Assembly (NCBI GenBank): GCA_039621445.1
Contig: CP154954.1
Coordinates: 12,580,716-12,644,715 of the forward strand
Source of the DNA: Euglena gracilis
Lineage: Eukaryota
Length of the DNA stretch: 64,000 bases
Reading direction: 5' to 3'
The position numbers and the translations under genes are program-made. The notes beneath the pieces are model-generated. The model searched no databases. It was not told where the DNA came from and saw only the letters and a program-made list of their open reading frames with translations. The first letter of the stretch is position 1. Each line of letters opens with the position of its first letter. This document shows positions 46,501 through 57,698 of this stretch, piece after piece.

Positions 46501-49500
46501 AACACTGCGTCCATTGCCGCCTTCGACGGGCAGAGCGGGCAGGCTGCGTACGCCGCCTCGAAGGGCGCCGTGGCCGCCCTGACGCTGCCCATGGCGCGGG
46601 ACCTGCCAGGGCCTCTGCAGGGTGCTGGGAAGAGAGTTTTTTTTTTTTAAAAATCGTAAACTCTAATTTTTAAGATTTTTAAGGCGTTTGCATATGTATG
46701 TATGTATGAATGTATGTATGTATGTATGTATGTATGTATGTATGTATGTATGTATGTATGTAGGTATGTATGTATGTAGGTATGTATGTATGTATGTATG
46801 TATGTATGTATGTATGTATGTATGTATGTATGTATGTATGTATGTATGTATGTATGTATGTATGTATGTATGTATGTATGTATGTATGTATGTATATGTG
46901 TATATATATGTATGTATATATGTATATATGTATAGATAAGTATATATACATATATTTTACATATATATTTTACGTCGTAAAGTTTATTTTTTTTGTTTTT
47001 AAGGCGTTTATTTTCCAAGGGAAGAAATTATAAGACGTCTCTTTTCGAAGGGAAGTCCAAGGGCCGTCCCTACATCGAACTGGGATCCAAATTAAAAAGC
47101 ATTTGCAACCCCATTTTTTTTTGATGGACCAGGGGCTGGGAGATATTCCGGTCCGGTGTAAACCGGAATAAAAGTGCCAGCCGGTGGTATGAAAATTCTG
47201 CAAGACACAAGGGCAATGAATGTGAAGTTTGATGTGTTTTCATGTTTTCCTCAGTCAATCTCATGTCAGATGGATCGGATGAAGAGGGTGGACCACCAAT
47301 GAAGAAGACAAGATCTTCCAAAGGATGGGTGAATAAGGCGAAATGTAGAAGTGCAATGACAGCTTGATTCAAGGTTTTTCACCGGTTCGTGCCACGAACA
47401 ATCACGAACAATCACGAACCAGCACGAACTTGGGATTTTGGCAAAATCACGAACAATCACGAACAATCACGAATCGAACATCTTTGCAGAAATGTCTTTT
47501 TCTGAGAATGGTGTTGTTCAATCAACCAAAGAGAAAAGATTATGGAAGAGAGGTGGCAAAATGACTCCTCAAAAGGGTGCTGCCCAGGTGTCATACCTAT
47601 CTTGTTTTGATTTCCCCCTTTTTGTCACCTTTTTAAGTTTGGTGGAGTGATGGAAGTGAGAGGTTCACAAATGTGTTGCAGTGTTTGTGATGTTTCAGTG
47701 CACTGGGCCGAGATATTTTGATGCCAAGTTTCAAAATCACAGGCATTTCCAAGAAGTTCAAAGATTTTGCCACGTAAGCCACAGTGATTTCGTTTTGCAA
47801 TGGCGACGTTTCACTCTTGCAAATCTTTGACCTAACCCTTTCCAGCCGCTTTCAACCCGCTGTTTGCTTTGGCGAATTGCATTTGGCACAACGCAACACA
47901 AACCCGCACACCGCGCCTTTTGCTTTCCCCATTGACCTCAATATTTAGATCAGGCAATTGCTTAAGCACTGACCGACCCCCCCCCCGGGGGGTGGGTGAC
48001 TGGTTTTTTCAGAGTGACTGACTGGTTTTGGCCCGGACCCCCCCCCCCCCCCCCGGGGGGGGTCGGCCAGGAGTGGGCAAAAGTGGCACCGAAGGCGCTG
48101 GAAAAAATTTTTGCGCCTAAAATGGCCTAAAGTGACTGGAAAGTGGCCGTTTTTCTGAGTGGCCAACCCCCCCGGGGGGGGGGTAGTGACTGGCTGGTTT
48201 TTTGAAAATGAGTGACTGATTGGTTTTTAAAAAAGTGGAGTGACCCCCCCCCTGGGGGTCGGTAAGCAATTGTATGATTAGATTAAAGATTAGGCACAAG
48301 AAGCCAAAGCACAAGAGGAATCACCTATTTCACCAAGGAAAAAGGAAAACCGGGCGGTTTTTTGGAAGCACGAACAATCACGAACAACCACGAACAATCA
48401 CGAACAATCACGAACCGGATTTCAGGCTTCCTAGCACGAACCGGTGGTAAACCCTGCTTGATTGCACATTCAGGATTATCCCAAGGGAGTGTTTTGTGTT
48501 CGCAAAGGACATACGATGAAACCCAGTTATTTTTTAAAACCACATCAAAGCAATTTAGAATAGTAACCACGTGGCTTCTGCAAAACATAAAAGTGTGAAA
48601 GCAACTCAGTTTGATCGATGACTAACGTCCAGTCGGGCACACGTAGTTTTTTTGGCGTATCAGAAGTGAAGCAAGAGGCAGAAGTGAATGTTTTTCCCTG
48701 AGTGCTTTCCAAAGGGACGTGAACAAGGGCAATATTAATGCTGATTTGACTGCAGCGTTTTTTGTGGCAAGCGATCCCATTGGGCAAAGTGGATCATCCT
48801 CCAATTAGGGGTTCCTTCGTAAGTGCACTGATGTGTACGGATTGTTCAGGGTTTTCTTCAATTTTGGTTAGGATTTTTTTTCCAGGTCTGCATCCAATTT
48901 GCGATTAGACCCAAATTTGACAAAATTGTTGAACAAGCATCTCCGGGCCATCAAGCAAGCTTTTAAGACGGCAGAAACGGTTGTTTGCTGTACGTGATGT
49001 TTGATGGGTGGCTGAACGACATTGGTCATGAAGTGTGCACAATCACAGGAGAAGTATGGTACGTGGTGGAGAGGGGCCAGCCGTGGTGTTGAGCACAAGG
49101 AACTCAATTCAACTTAGGCATCCGGTCTGACTTTTTTTTTGAAAAACGCTAAATTAATTGTTGACAACACCATCTTCAATAAGTTGCGCGGAGAGAGTTC
49201 TTTCGAAGGCTGCCGTATTGGATACAGGGTATTTCTGAAGCCGGAGGGGACACTATCCCCCGGGGGGAGGGTCCAGCCAGACAGCAGAGCTGGGAGCCCG
49301 CCCCCCCGGGGTGAAATAAAGTTGGGTCCAGAGGCTGGGCCAGCCGGCCGAAGGCCGGGCCAGTCGGCTGTAGGCTGACCTGGCCAGCCAACTGGGCTGC
49401 CCTGCATTTTTCCCCTCATCACAGCTTCCTCCATCACAGCCCCCCAGCCTTGGTCTAGCTCCATCCATCAGAATGTCGATAAGGCAAAAATGTTTCAGAA

Positions 49501-52500
49501 AATTTCGTTTTTCATCGACCCAGCCCAGCCCAGCCCCCTCCAGCCCCGGACCCCCCCTCCCCCCCCCCTATCCTCCCCGCGGGGGTCCAGCCAGTAGCTC
49601 GTTTCCAGCCAGCAGCCTTTTTTTCCATCCGGAGGCTGGACGTGGGGAGAGTCCTTAAGAAATCCCCTGATTGGAACCGTGTGACATCAAGGCCATTATT
49701 GCGGAAGGCCAGCATCATGCTGTATTGTAATGGGGACGTTGAATCTCGCTTCGCTGCCAAGTGACCCCATTACACTGCACAACGAGTGCAGTATTTATAA
49801 GGTTTCGTTCAGTTGCCCGCATGTTGGAACAAGCAACAAGCACTCGGCAGGACAATTTTTGAGTAGAAAAAGGAAATGGTGCCAGGGACCTGCCTCAAGA
49901 GAAAACCCTGTGCACCAATTTTTATCAGCTGGTTTTTCCTGAAAAGGCGGGGATCTGCTGTGATGTGCAGACCAAAATGGCCACTTGGTGGGGCTGAACA
50001 ACCAAGGAATGCGTACCTTTTCCCGAAGCCCGGGTGAGCTCGAATTGTATTTCAAAAAATCTTAGGTCCATTTAGGCAGAGATTGACTAGAATAAACCGG
50101 AACAAATTCCGGAATAAACCGGAATAACCCGGAATAAAGCTGAATATAACCCCGGAATAAAAATTTTGGCCGACCGGAATATCTCCCTGCCCCTGGATAG
50201 ACAACTTCCACCGATGCCAGAGATCATTTTTTTCCCCCGGAGTTGGCTTGCTTTTTGCCGAGATTTTGCGATTTCATTTTCAGGTGTTTAATTTTTTAAG
50301 CATTTTGACCAAACATTTTTAAACCGGTTTTAAAGGTTTTTTTTAAGTTTTTTAAGGCACCTTAAAAAGTAACCTCTGGCTGGGTACTCTGTTGCAGAAT
50401 TTGCCCCCCGCCAAAACACGATCTCCAAAAACGGTCATATTTGTTCGCATGTTTTGCATATTCATTTTTGCATTTTGAACACATGCTCGTTTCGTGAGAG
50501 GTGTATATGCTTCAAGTGGTGGTGCTTCTTCAAAAATAAACAAACTTAATTAAAATTAAATTGAATATTAATAATAAATTTTTAAAATGAAATTAAAAGT
50601 TGATATTTGAAGATTCACTCGGATATTTTTTTTTTGATTTCCCAGCTTTCTGCGTTTTGTCATGGACACAAAGTACAGTGCAAGCATTTGCCTTATGGTT
50701 TGTGCCCCAGGGATGCAGACTCACAAAGGACTGAAAGAAAGAGTGGCGTGCTTATTTCTGGACAAAGAACCACCAGCAGCCACCAGCAGCTGTCCTTCTT
50801 CGAGTGAATTTGGCATCCGAGTGGTCACGGTGTGTGCACTCTGTGGTGTCCATCTGTGGATGTGGCATTTCGGTTGGGTTGGCACGTGTTGTGCCAATCG
50901 CACGTGCACAACAAAAGGATCCTGGTCCCAAATTTTCACCTGGGACCTGGGATGAGGTTTCATTTCATCACACAGTGGATATTCAAGGGCTGTTAAGGAA
51001 AGCTTGGTCCCAGATTGCTGGCATTTTGTGGCCTGCTGATTATGCCAACCACTCCACCCAAATTTGCCTTCTTGGCTTTCGTTTGGGCAGATTTCTTTCA
51101 TCTTTCAGGCCATTGTTTTTTCTGAGGTGCAATGGTCTTGTCCAGCCAGGAGCCAGGGGTCCGACCATCTGGGGACACCACCTGGGGAATCCCCTGGTGG
51201 CTAAGGGTCCTCGTCAAATGTGCCAAACCTTCAGCATTTCAGCCAAAGGCAGCTCCTGAGGCGCAGAGGTCACATCCCTCCCAGGGTTTTTTTATAAGAC
51301 CGTGGGGGGGGGTCAGCACTCACCCACCCACCCCCTAGGGTGGGCCCCCAAAATAGCGCCCTTTCCAAAATTTTCGGCGCCTTGGGCGCCGAAAAAGATA
51401 CCCACCAGCCCCATTCCCCACCCCCCCAGCCCCCAGGGGGGGGGAGGGGAGTCCAAGGCCCAGGTCCAAGACCCGTCCACCTTACCCCCCCCTCCCCCCC
51501 GGGGAGGGGGTCCAAGACTAAAAAAAAAACCCCTGATCCCTCCCCATCAAACCAGGAAATAAAAAGTGAAAATTTTTCATTTGCATATTTTTGTGACCGG
51601 ATTTTGAAGGGGGCGACCCTCCCCACTAAGGTCTACGCTTCTGCTGGTTGTGGTCGCTTCCTCCCCCCAGGAAAGTGATCATTGGATTTGGGGGAGCAAC
51701 CCCATAGGGCAGTCCAAGCCTTTTCAGGTCATGGTCTGGTGTGCCATGGTCTGGCTTTTGCGCTGCACGGGGAGGGCATTTGCAATGGGCGTCCCGAGTG
51801 TAGCCACCTTTGAAAACGTGGGCCCCAAGCTCAAATCTTGCAAGAGGTGTGGCAGCAATTGGAAAACCCGCGTCGGGACTTATTCAAAATGCCCTGTAAT
51901 TTTCGAATCACCCAAGAAACTTCTCCCCACCCACTCTCCGATTTTGCCATGTTGATGGAATTCCGGAGTAGCCTTGATGAGGCGACGTAACCCCTACCAA
52001 AAACATGTGAAATTTGCTCCTTCGCCCTAAAAGTGAAATGTTCGGACTCCCAAGGGTGGGCGTATCTGTGATTAAAAAGAAAAGCGACTACTGGATCCCG
52101 CCAAGAAGTTGATTTTTCCGACCGAATATAAAAAATATAAAACGCCCCTGGGGGTCTTGAAATTTCCCTCCAAATATAAAACCGGGGGGTTTATATCTGG
52201 GGGGGGGGTCCCAAATCTTCCAAGAATCACAATTCGAGGAGAGATTATGTCATATAACTTCCTTCCCACGCTTCGCGCCGCAGGGGGGGTTTATATTTGG
52301 GGGGGGATTTCAAGGTCCTCAGAGGGTTTTTTTATTTGGGGGGTTGTTACATTTGGGGGGTTTATTTAAAGTTGCGAAGCCGAATGAGTAGGGATCACAA
52401 TATGACCTACAAAAATTTTGGGATGAATTTCGTCGCCCCCCCTCCCTCCAGATCGCCCCCGGCATGTTTGAGACGCAGATGATGACGGAGACCGTGCCCG

Positions 52501-54213
52501 CCGCGGCTCGGGAGGTGTTGGCCCAGCAGGCCAGACGATGGCTTTGTAAATTTGGCTGTATGCATAGCGAAGATCGAGTATTTTGTGATTTCTCCTATTC
52601 CTTATGGGCAAAAGTACATTTAAAATTGATTGTGCATACAGTCTTTTTGCTGTTCAGAAGGGTGTTGGTGGGGTCAAATGCAGTAATGGTGATTGATTAT
52701 TTTGAGTCTTTCCCCGTCATCTCTGTTGCGTGTGAAAACAAATCGAGGAAAGAAGTTGTGAGATATATGTATGTGGTATTTTATTTAGGATTGTATTTCC
52801 TCGCTGGTGCATCCTGGGTTCAGTTGCAGTTCCCTTCCATAAACACCCAAATTTCCAGCCCCATTTCAGTTTTCAGCAAAACACCAAAGTCATTTAATTA
52901 AGACACCCCGCATTTTTTGAAAGAATTGAAAAGGCTAAACCCCTAAAGTTGTGAAAATGCCCCAAAGGGACATTTTTGGCTTTTTTGTTTTTGCCCATTT
53001 AATTTGTGTTAGAATTTGCACTTTTGAGCCTTTTTTTCCTGAAAAATTTCCCCGAAGATCCAAATATGTATATAATATATATATATATACTATAGACTAT
53101 AAGATATATGTATGCCTGTATATATACATATACCTGGAAAATGAACCCCCTTGAAAAATGTTGAAACCCCCACCGCCAAGGAGAGCAATGACCCGGGGTG
53201 TGGCCCAACAATAGACCCGCGGGTGTCGTTTTTTATTTTTTTTTTTTGAGAGATATGTCTGCTTTAGAACGTCTCAAAACCACTTTTTCCCCCCAAAGCC
53301 ACCATTTTTTAGTATATATAATACATATATATATAAGTATTATACATATATAATACCTGGAAAAATGAACCCCCAGGATGTTGAGCACCGGCCCAAACAA
53401 TAGACCCGGGTGTCGTTTTTTTTTTTTGAGAGAGATGTCTGCTTCACCGCTCAACGTTTTCCCAAAAGCCACCATCGGGCCATTTGCTGCGTCCAGTGCC
53501 ATTCCCGAAGCGCCTCGGCCGGCCGGAGGAATTCGCGGCGCTGGTGCAAGTCGCGGTGGAGAGCCCGTACTTGAATGGGGAGGTCGTCCGGCTGGTCCAG
53601 GGCACCGTACCGCAGCCCGGGGTGGCGGGTTGGCCTCTCGTGGGCAGCCCCCCGTCGATGAGGGAGACCGTTTCAGGGACGAGGGCTTTTCAAATATTAT
53701 CAAATGGTTTTTGATTTTTCAAACGGGCTCAGAACAGGGATTTGCTGAAGCCGACAGGAACTCCATCCCCAGGGTTGGGTCCAGCCAGCCAGCCACCTTT
53801 TTCAAGCTCTAGCCCCCCCACCTATCGAAGTTGGCAAAAGGGGGCAGGAAACAGCTAGCCAGCCAAATTTTGGGGTCAAAATATTTATTTTAATTGGCGA
53901 TTCTCGACCACTTTTGCAGTTTCGATTTCTGGTGCCAAATTCTGGTTCGGATCCACCTCAGCTCGGGCCTAGTTCCAGTCGGGGGCTGAAACTTTTGAAC
54001 TTTTCGTCGCGTCCGACCACATTGGTCCCCCATGTCCAGGAGCGCTTCACTGTAACCTGGATATGCAGTGGGCGATCGCTGTCTGTGCTGCTGTTGACAC
54101 GTTGTTAGTGGCAACCCCCCACAGTGCTCCATTACAGGTCGTGGTGAAGAGTCCACAGACGTGCGCAACAGTGCTCTGAGGCCGATGGAAGCCTCCGCCT
54201 GGGCTTTAAATGA
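43574..54213 (+). CDS. HSD17B10: 3-hydroxyacyl-CoA dehydrogenase type-2 (HSD17B10/scully-like classical SDR)
   Basis: Exons 43574-43627, 44315-44404, 45358-~45435, ~45721-45834, 46396-46604, 50802-50829, 52452-52528, 53495-53594, 54184-54213. Motifs: VTGAAQGLG (TGxxxGxG), [32 protein letters not shown] (YxxxK), [34 protein letters not shown] and [14 protein letters not shown]. Confidence 0.92.
43628..44314 (+). other. Nonconventional intron (N3/N6)
   Basis: GCC-CAG..CCCTT / AAGGG..CTG-CCCCCC. Restores TGAAQGL|GRAT. Confidence 0.8.
44601..45057. mobile_element. CAAGCACCTC-family element inserted into a family-A copy
   Basis: CAAGCACCTCCAG / CTAGAGGTGCACG; duplication CTAGCAG (7 bp, or 8 bp if the terminal G is counted). 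The empty site is visible in the other family-A copies. Confidence 0.8.
46693..46893. repeat. (TATG)n microsatellite
   Basis: Directly visible. Confidence 0.97.
47370..48456. mobile_element. Nested TIR element, 7-bp TSD
   Basis: CAAGGTTTTTCACCGGTTCGTG / CACGAACCGGTGGTAAACCCTG; TSD CTTGATT; subterminal (CACGAACAAT)n. Confidence 0.85.
47951..48276. mobile_element. MITE family B, nested
   Basis: CAGGCAATTGCTTA / TAAGCAATTGTATG; flanks ATTTAGAT / ATTAGAT. Confidence 0.75.
49225..49669. mobile_element. Nested MITE, degenerate 8-bp TSD
   Basis: CAGGGTATTTCTGAAG / CTTAAGAAATCCCCTG; flanks ATTGGATA / ATTGGAAC. Confidence 0.75.
52529..53494 (+). other. Nonconventional intron (N3/N5)
   Basis: GGC-CAGACGATGGC / GCCATTTGCTG-CGTCC. 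Restores [12 protein letters not shown]. Confidence 0.8.
53595..54183 (+). other. Nonconventional/intermediate intron (GT start, no AG)
   Basis: GTC-CAGGGCAC / GTGCTCTG-AGGCC. Restores GEVVRL|DGSLR. Confidence 0.88.
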
Positions 54214-55292
54214 ACCACCGGGCACCAGCCATGAAGAGTGGACCCCCTGGGCCGCGCCATTACTTGATCTGTGTCCCCCAGGGATTGACCAGTTCTGCGC
54301 TCGGTGAGAACCGAGTGGCAAGAGTGACCGGCCCTGCTGGGGAGGAGGTAAGAAGACTGACTGGTGGTGGTTCGAAAAACAACCACCTGGTTTGTGAAAG
54401 AGGGCAATGGGCTCCCCCAAGGGGATCGTTCTTCAAGTTCAGAACAGGGTTTTGCTGAAGCCGATGGGAACCCAGCCAGCAGCAGCCCTTTTCTAGCCCC
54501 GGACCCCTCCCTGTCCACGAGTGTCATTCAGATTTTTGCCTTTCGGCCAAAAATGGGCAAAAATGGATCGGAAGATCTAGCCTGCCTAAATCCCGGGGTG
54601 GAATGGTTTTTTCGGCAGTTTTTGGGGTTATTTTTGCAGTTTCAACTCAGCAATGTTCTCCTTGGGAAAGGTGCCGCAGCATATACATATGCCATGGCGC
54701 GTCGCCCGTACTGCACCTTACGGTGTAAAACCATTCCGAGCGGTCTTATCGCTGTTGTCAATGGCACAGGCCTCCGTTTAACGCCCCACCTTTCTGGTCC
54801 ATCTGGATTTGACAGGGTCCTGAGTTTTGTGGGATGTCATGTGGTATGGGTTCGGTTATATTTCAGTTTAATATTTCTAATATCCGGAGTCGGCACCATT
54901 TATTTTCTGTTTATGAGTTTGCAGAATTCTAGGAAAAGTTAGCTCCCTCGGGATTAGACCTCTGTTTTAGTTGCAGCTACTAGCACCCCCCATCTCTTGG
55001 CCCAGGGGGCATGATCCCCCAAATGTTCCACCAAAAATTCCCCGGCGCTTTGCACCGGAAATTTTCATCTCGTTTATAATCAGTTTTGAAAAAGCGCGAT
55101 CTTTCAGCACTGGAAATCCCTGAAATTTTTGAAAGTTTTTCCAGCGATTTGTTTTCTCCCCACTGCCCCTCTGATTCAGTACCTTGTCCGCCCCCGTCCA
55201 ATTAATTCCCATTCCCAACCAACTCCCGTGACCGCCCCCTCGGCCAGGGCTGCCACGTAGTGGCTGCCCTTCCCCTGGGGCTGTGTCGCGGG

Positions 55293-55590
55293 CATTCCAT
55301 TGCTTAACACCTGTCCTACCCCCGGGGGGGGGGTGACTGACTGGTTTTTTTGGCCCAGACCCCCAGGCCCGGGGAGGGGTAGGCCCGAAAATGGGAAAAG
55401 TGGCTGGTCTGGCGCCGGAATTTTTTTTGGATTTTTTGAGACTTTTTGGCACATTTTCATTGCCTCCTGAAGAGTGGCCGGGGGGGGGTAAAGTGACTGG
55501 CTGGTTTTTTTGGGGAAAAGTGACTGACTGGTTTTTTCGGAGTGGAAAGTAACCCCCCCTCCCCCCCGGGGGTCGCTAAGCAATGGTATG
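55293..55590. mobile_element. MITE family B (GTGACTGACTGG internal repeats), 8-bp TSD
   Basis: TIR CATTCCATTGCTTA / TAAGCAATGGTATG; TSD GTCGCGGG on both sides. Confidence 0.88.
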
Positions 55591-56004
55591 GTCGCGGGGC
55601 CTCCCTCCCTCCCCCCGACCAGACGCGCGGTGCCGATGCTGGTACTCTTGCCCCCACCCCGCGTCTCGTCGTCGTTCTGTATTCGCCCTCTGAAAGACAC
55701 AGCTGCCGCTGGGCACCCCTGGGCTGACCCATGAGCTCTGCACGCCCCCCACTGCCGGGGACTGGACCCGGCAGTCCCCTTTTTTCCGGGCTTTCCATCA
55801 TTTTGGATCCGCAGCTCTCACTCAGGCATTTCAGACTCTGCAGAGCATCCTCCAGTTGGAAGATTTCCTTTCCCACAGTGTTTTTCTGCCTAACAGTGTT
55901 ATATTTTCTTTTACAGATCGGTCATCCAAGGGGTTGTTCAGTCCGCTTTATCGAAAGAAGAATGTTTCGGTGCGGCAATTGCATTCTGTTTCTTGCCTCG
56001 GCAT

Positions 56005-57368
56005 CAAGCACCTCTGATGATGCAGGGCGATGCTGGGCGATGCAGGGCGATGCTGGACGATGCTGGATTTTTGGAGACCAGAGGTGGGGTTCCGATGCTG
56101 GGCGATGCTGGGCGATGCAGGGCGATGCTGGGCGATGCTGGGCGATGCTGGCATTTTTTTGTATATTTTTTAGATATTTTTGGAGATTTTTAGACAGATT
56201 TTAATGCATTTTTGGCCATTTTGCACTTTTTTGGTGATTTTGGGTCATTTTTCACAATCTTTTTTGGACATTGTTGGTGTTTTTGGGCAATTTTTGGTTA
56301 TTTTGGTTGCTTTTTGGGGCTTTTTGGGGTCTTTTGGGCTTTTTGTGGCCATTTTTTGGGCTTTTGTGGTTATTTTGGCTTGGTCAGCAGCCAACGGATG
56401 AATACTGGGCAGATAGTGGACAAGATGCAGATGCTGGACAAGATGAACTAGATGCAGACACTGGACAAGATGCCGATGCTGGACAAGATGAACTGGATGC
56501 AGACACTGGGCAACATGTAGATGGTGGACAAGATACTGGACAAGATGCCGATGCTGGACAAGATGAACTGGATGCAGAAACTGGACAACGTGTAGATGGT
56601 GGACAAGATGCATCTCCCTCCACCCTCCAGCGCAACAACTGTTTTGGACTTTGTTTGTCTGACCGGCAAGAGGCTTGCAACTTGCACTCGATGTTGCCAT
56701 CTCACAGGCCTGCATCCTGTGCCGACAAAAAGCAGCAAAAGTGGTCAAAAAGTGGTCAAAAAGCAGGCAAAAGTGGGGTAAAAGTGGTCAGAAAGCAGCA
56801 AAAGTGGTAAAAAAAGTGGGCAAAGTGGGCAAAAGTGGTCAAAAAGCACTAAAAGTGGGCAAAAAAAATGAAAGCGATCAAAAAGCTGCAACAATGGCCA
56901 AAAGTGGGCAAAAAGTAGCAAACGTGGGCAAAAAGTAGCAAACGTGGGCAAAAGTGGTTGAAAAGCAACAAAAGTTGTCAAAAGTGGTCAAAAAGCAGGC
57001 AAAAGGGGCCAAAAGTGGTCAAAAAGCAGCAAAAGTGATCAAGAAGCTGCAAAGGTGGTTGGAAATGGGCAAAGGTGGGCAAAAAGCAGCAAAAGTGGTC
57101 AAGAAGCAATCAAAGTTGGTCAAAAGGCAGCAAATATGGGCAAAAGTGGTCAAAAAGCAGTCAAAATTGGTCAAAGTGGTCAAAAAGCAACCAAAGATGG
57201 CCAAAAGTAGCCAAAAGTGGGGTAGAGCGGCAAAAGCAGCAGGCATTGTAGGTATAGTGCTCCAAAGGCGATGCTGGGCGATGCTGGGCGATGCTGGGCA
57301 ACACTGAGCGATGCTGGGCGATGCTGGGCGATGCTGGGCCCAAGGGCATGGCTGACCAGAGGTGCTTG
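56005..57368. mobile_element. CAAGCACCTC-family TIR element, 8-bp TSD
   Basis: TIR CAAGCACCTCTG / CAGAGGTGCTTG; TSD CTCGGCAT on both sides. Subterminal (GGGCGATGCT)n, internal AAAAGTGG and TGGACAAGATG repeats. Confidence 0.9.
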
Positions 57369-57698
57369 CTCGGCATTCAGTTCCCTTCCACCATCACACA
57401 ATGTTATGTTTCCCACGTGCACGTCCTCCAACAGAACCATCTGGGGGTTGTTCAGAGTGGTGCATGAATGAAGTGCAGAACGGAACTAAAAAAAATGAGG
57501 AAATCAAAAAATGAAAAAATGAAAAAATGAAAAAAATATGTTTTATTATTATTTTTATTGAATTTTAAACTTTTTAATTTTCCTTAAATATTTTCAATTT
57601 TGAACAATGAAAAACGAGAGCTGGAAAATCAATGATTTCTTCCAGTGCGTCCGCCTCCCTCCCAGCTCCCTCTCCGACAGTAACTCTTCTTGCTCAAA

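Larger units (their letters stand above)
47130..50195 (-). mobile_element. 3-kb TIR transposon with probable decayed hAT-like transposase, 7-bp TSD
   Basis: 24-bp TIR CAGGGGCTGGGAGATATTCCGGTC / GACCGGAATATCTCCCTGCCCCTG (one mismatch); TSD GATGGAC / GATAGAC; subterminal CCGGAATAAA repeats. Broken minus-strand coding-like fragments; the transposase identity is tentative. Confidence 0.8.
46605..50801 (+). other. Large nonconventional intron (AGG...CCT at +4..6/-8..-6) with nested transposons
   Basis: GCC-AGGGC..CTGC..GGTG..CTGG pairs with CCAG..CACC..GCAG..GTCCT-TCTTC. Restores ARD-L-SEFGIRV. Confidence 0.8.

Noticed and set aside
33169-54213. Rab21 and HSD17B10 as frameshifted or transposon-disrupted pseudogenes
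   Set aside because: Every non-GT-AG interruption has a terminal stem, and its removal restores conserved motifs through to a normal stop.
56245-57307. ORFs with GQDADAGQDELDADT and KVVKK repeats
   Set aside because: They derive from internal tandem repeats of the TSD-flanked element 56005-57368; there are no exon signals.
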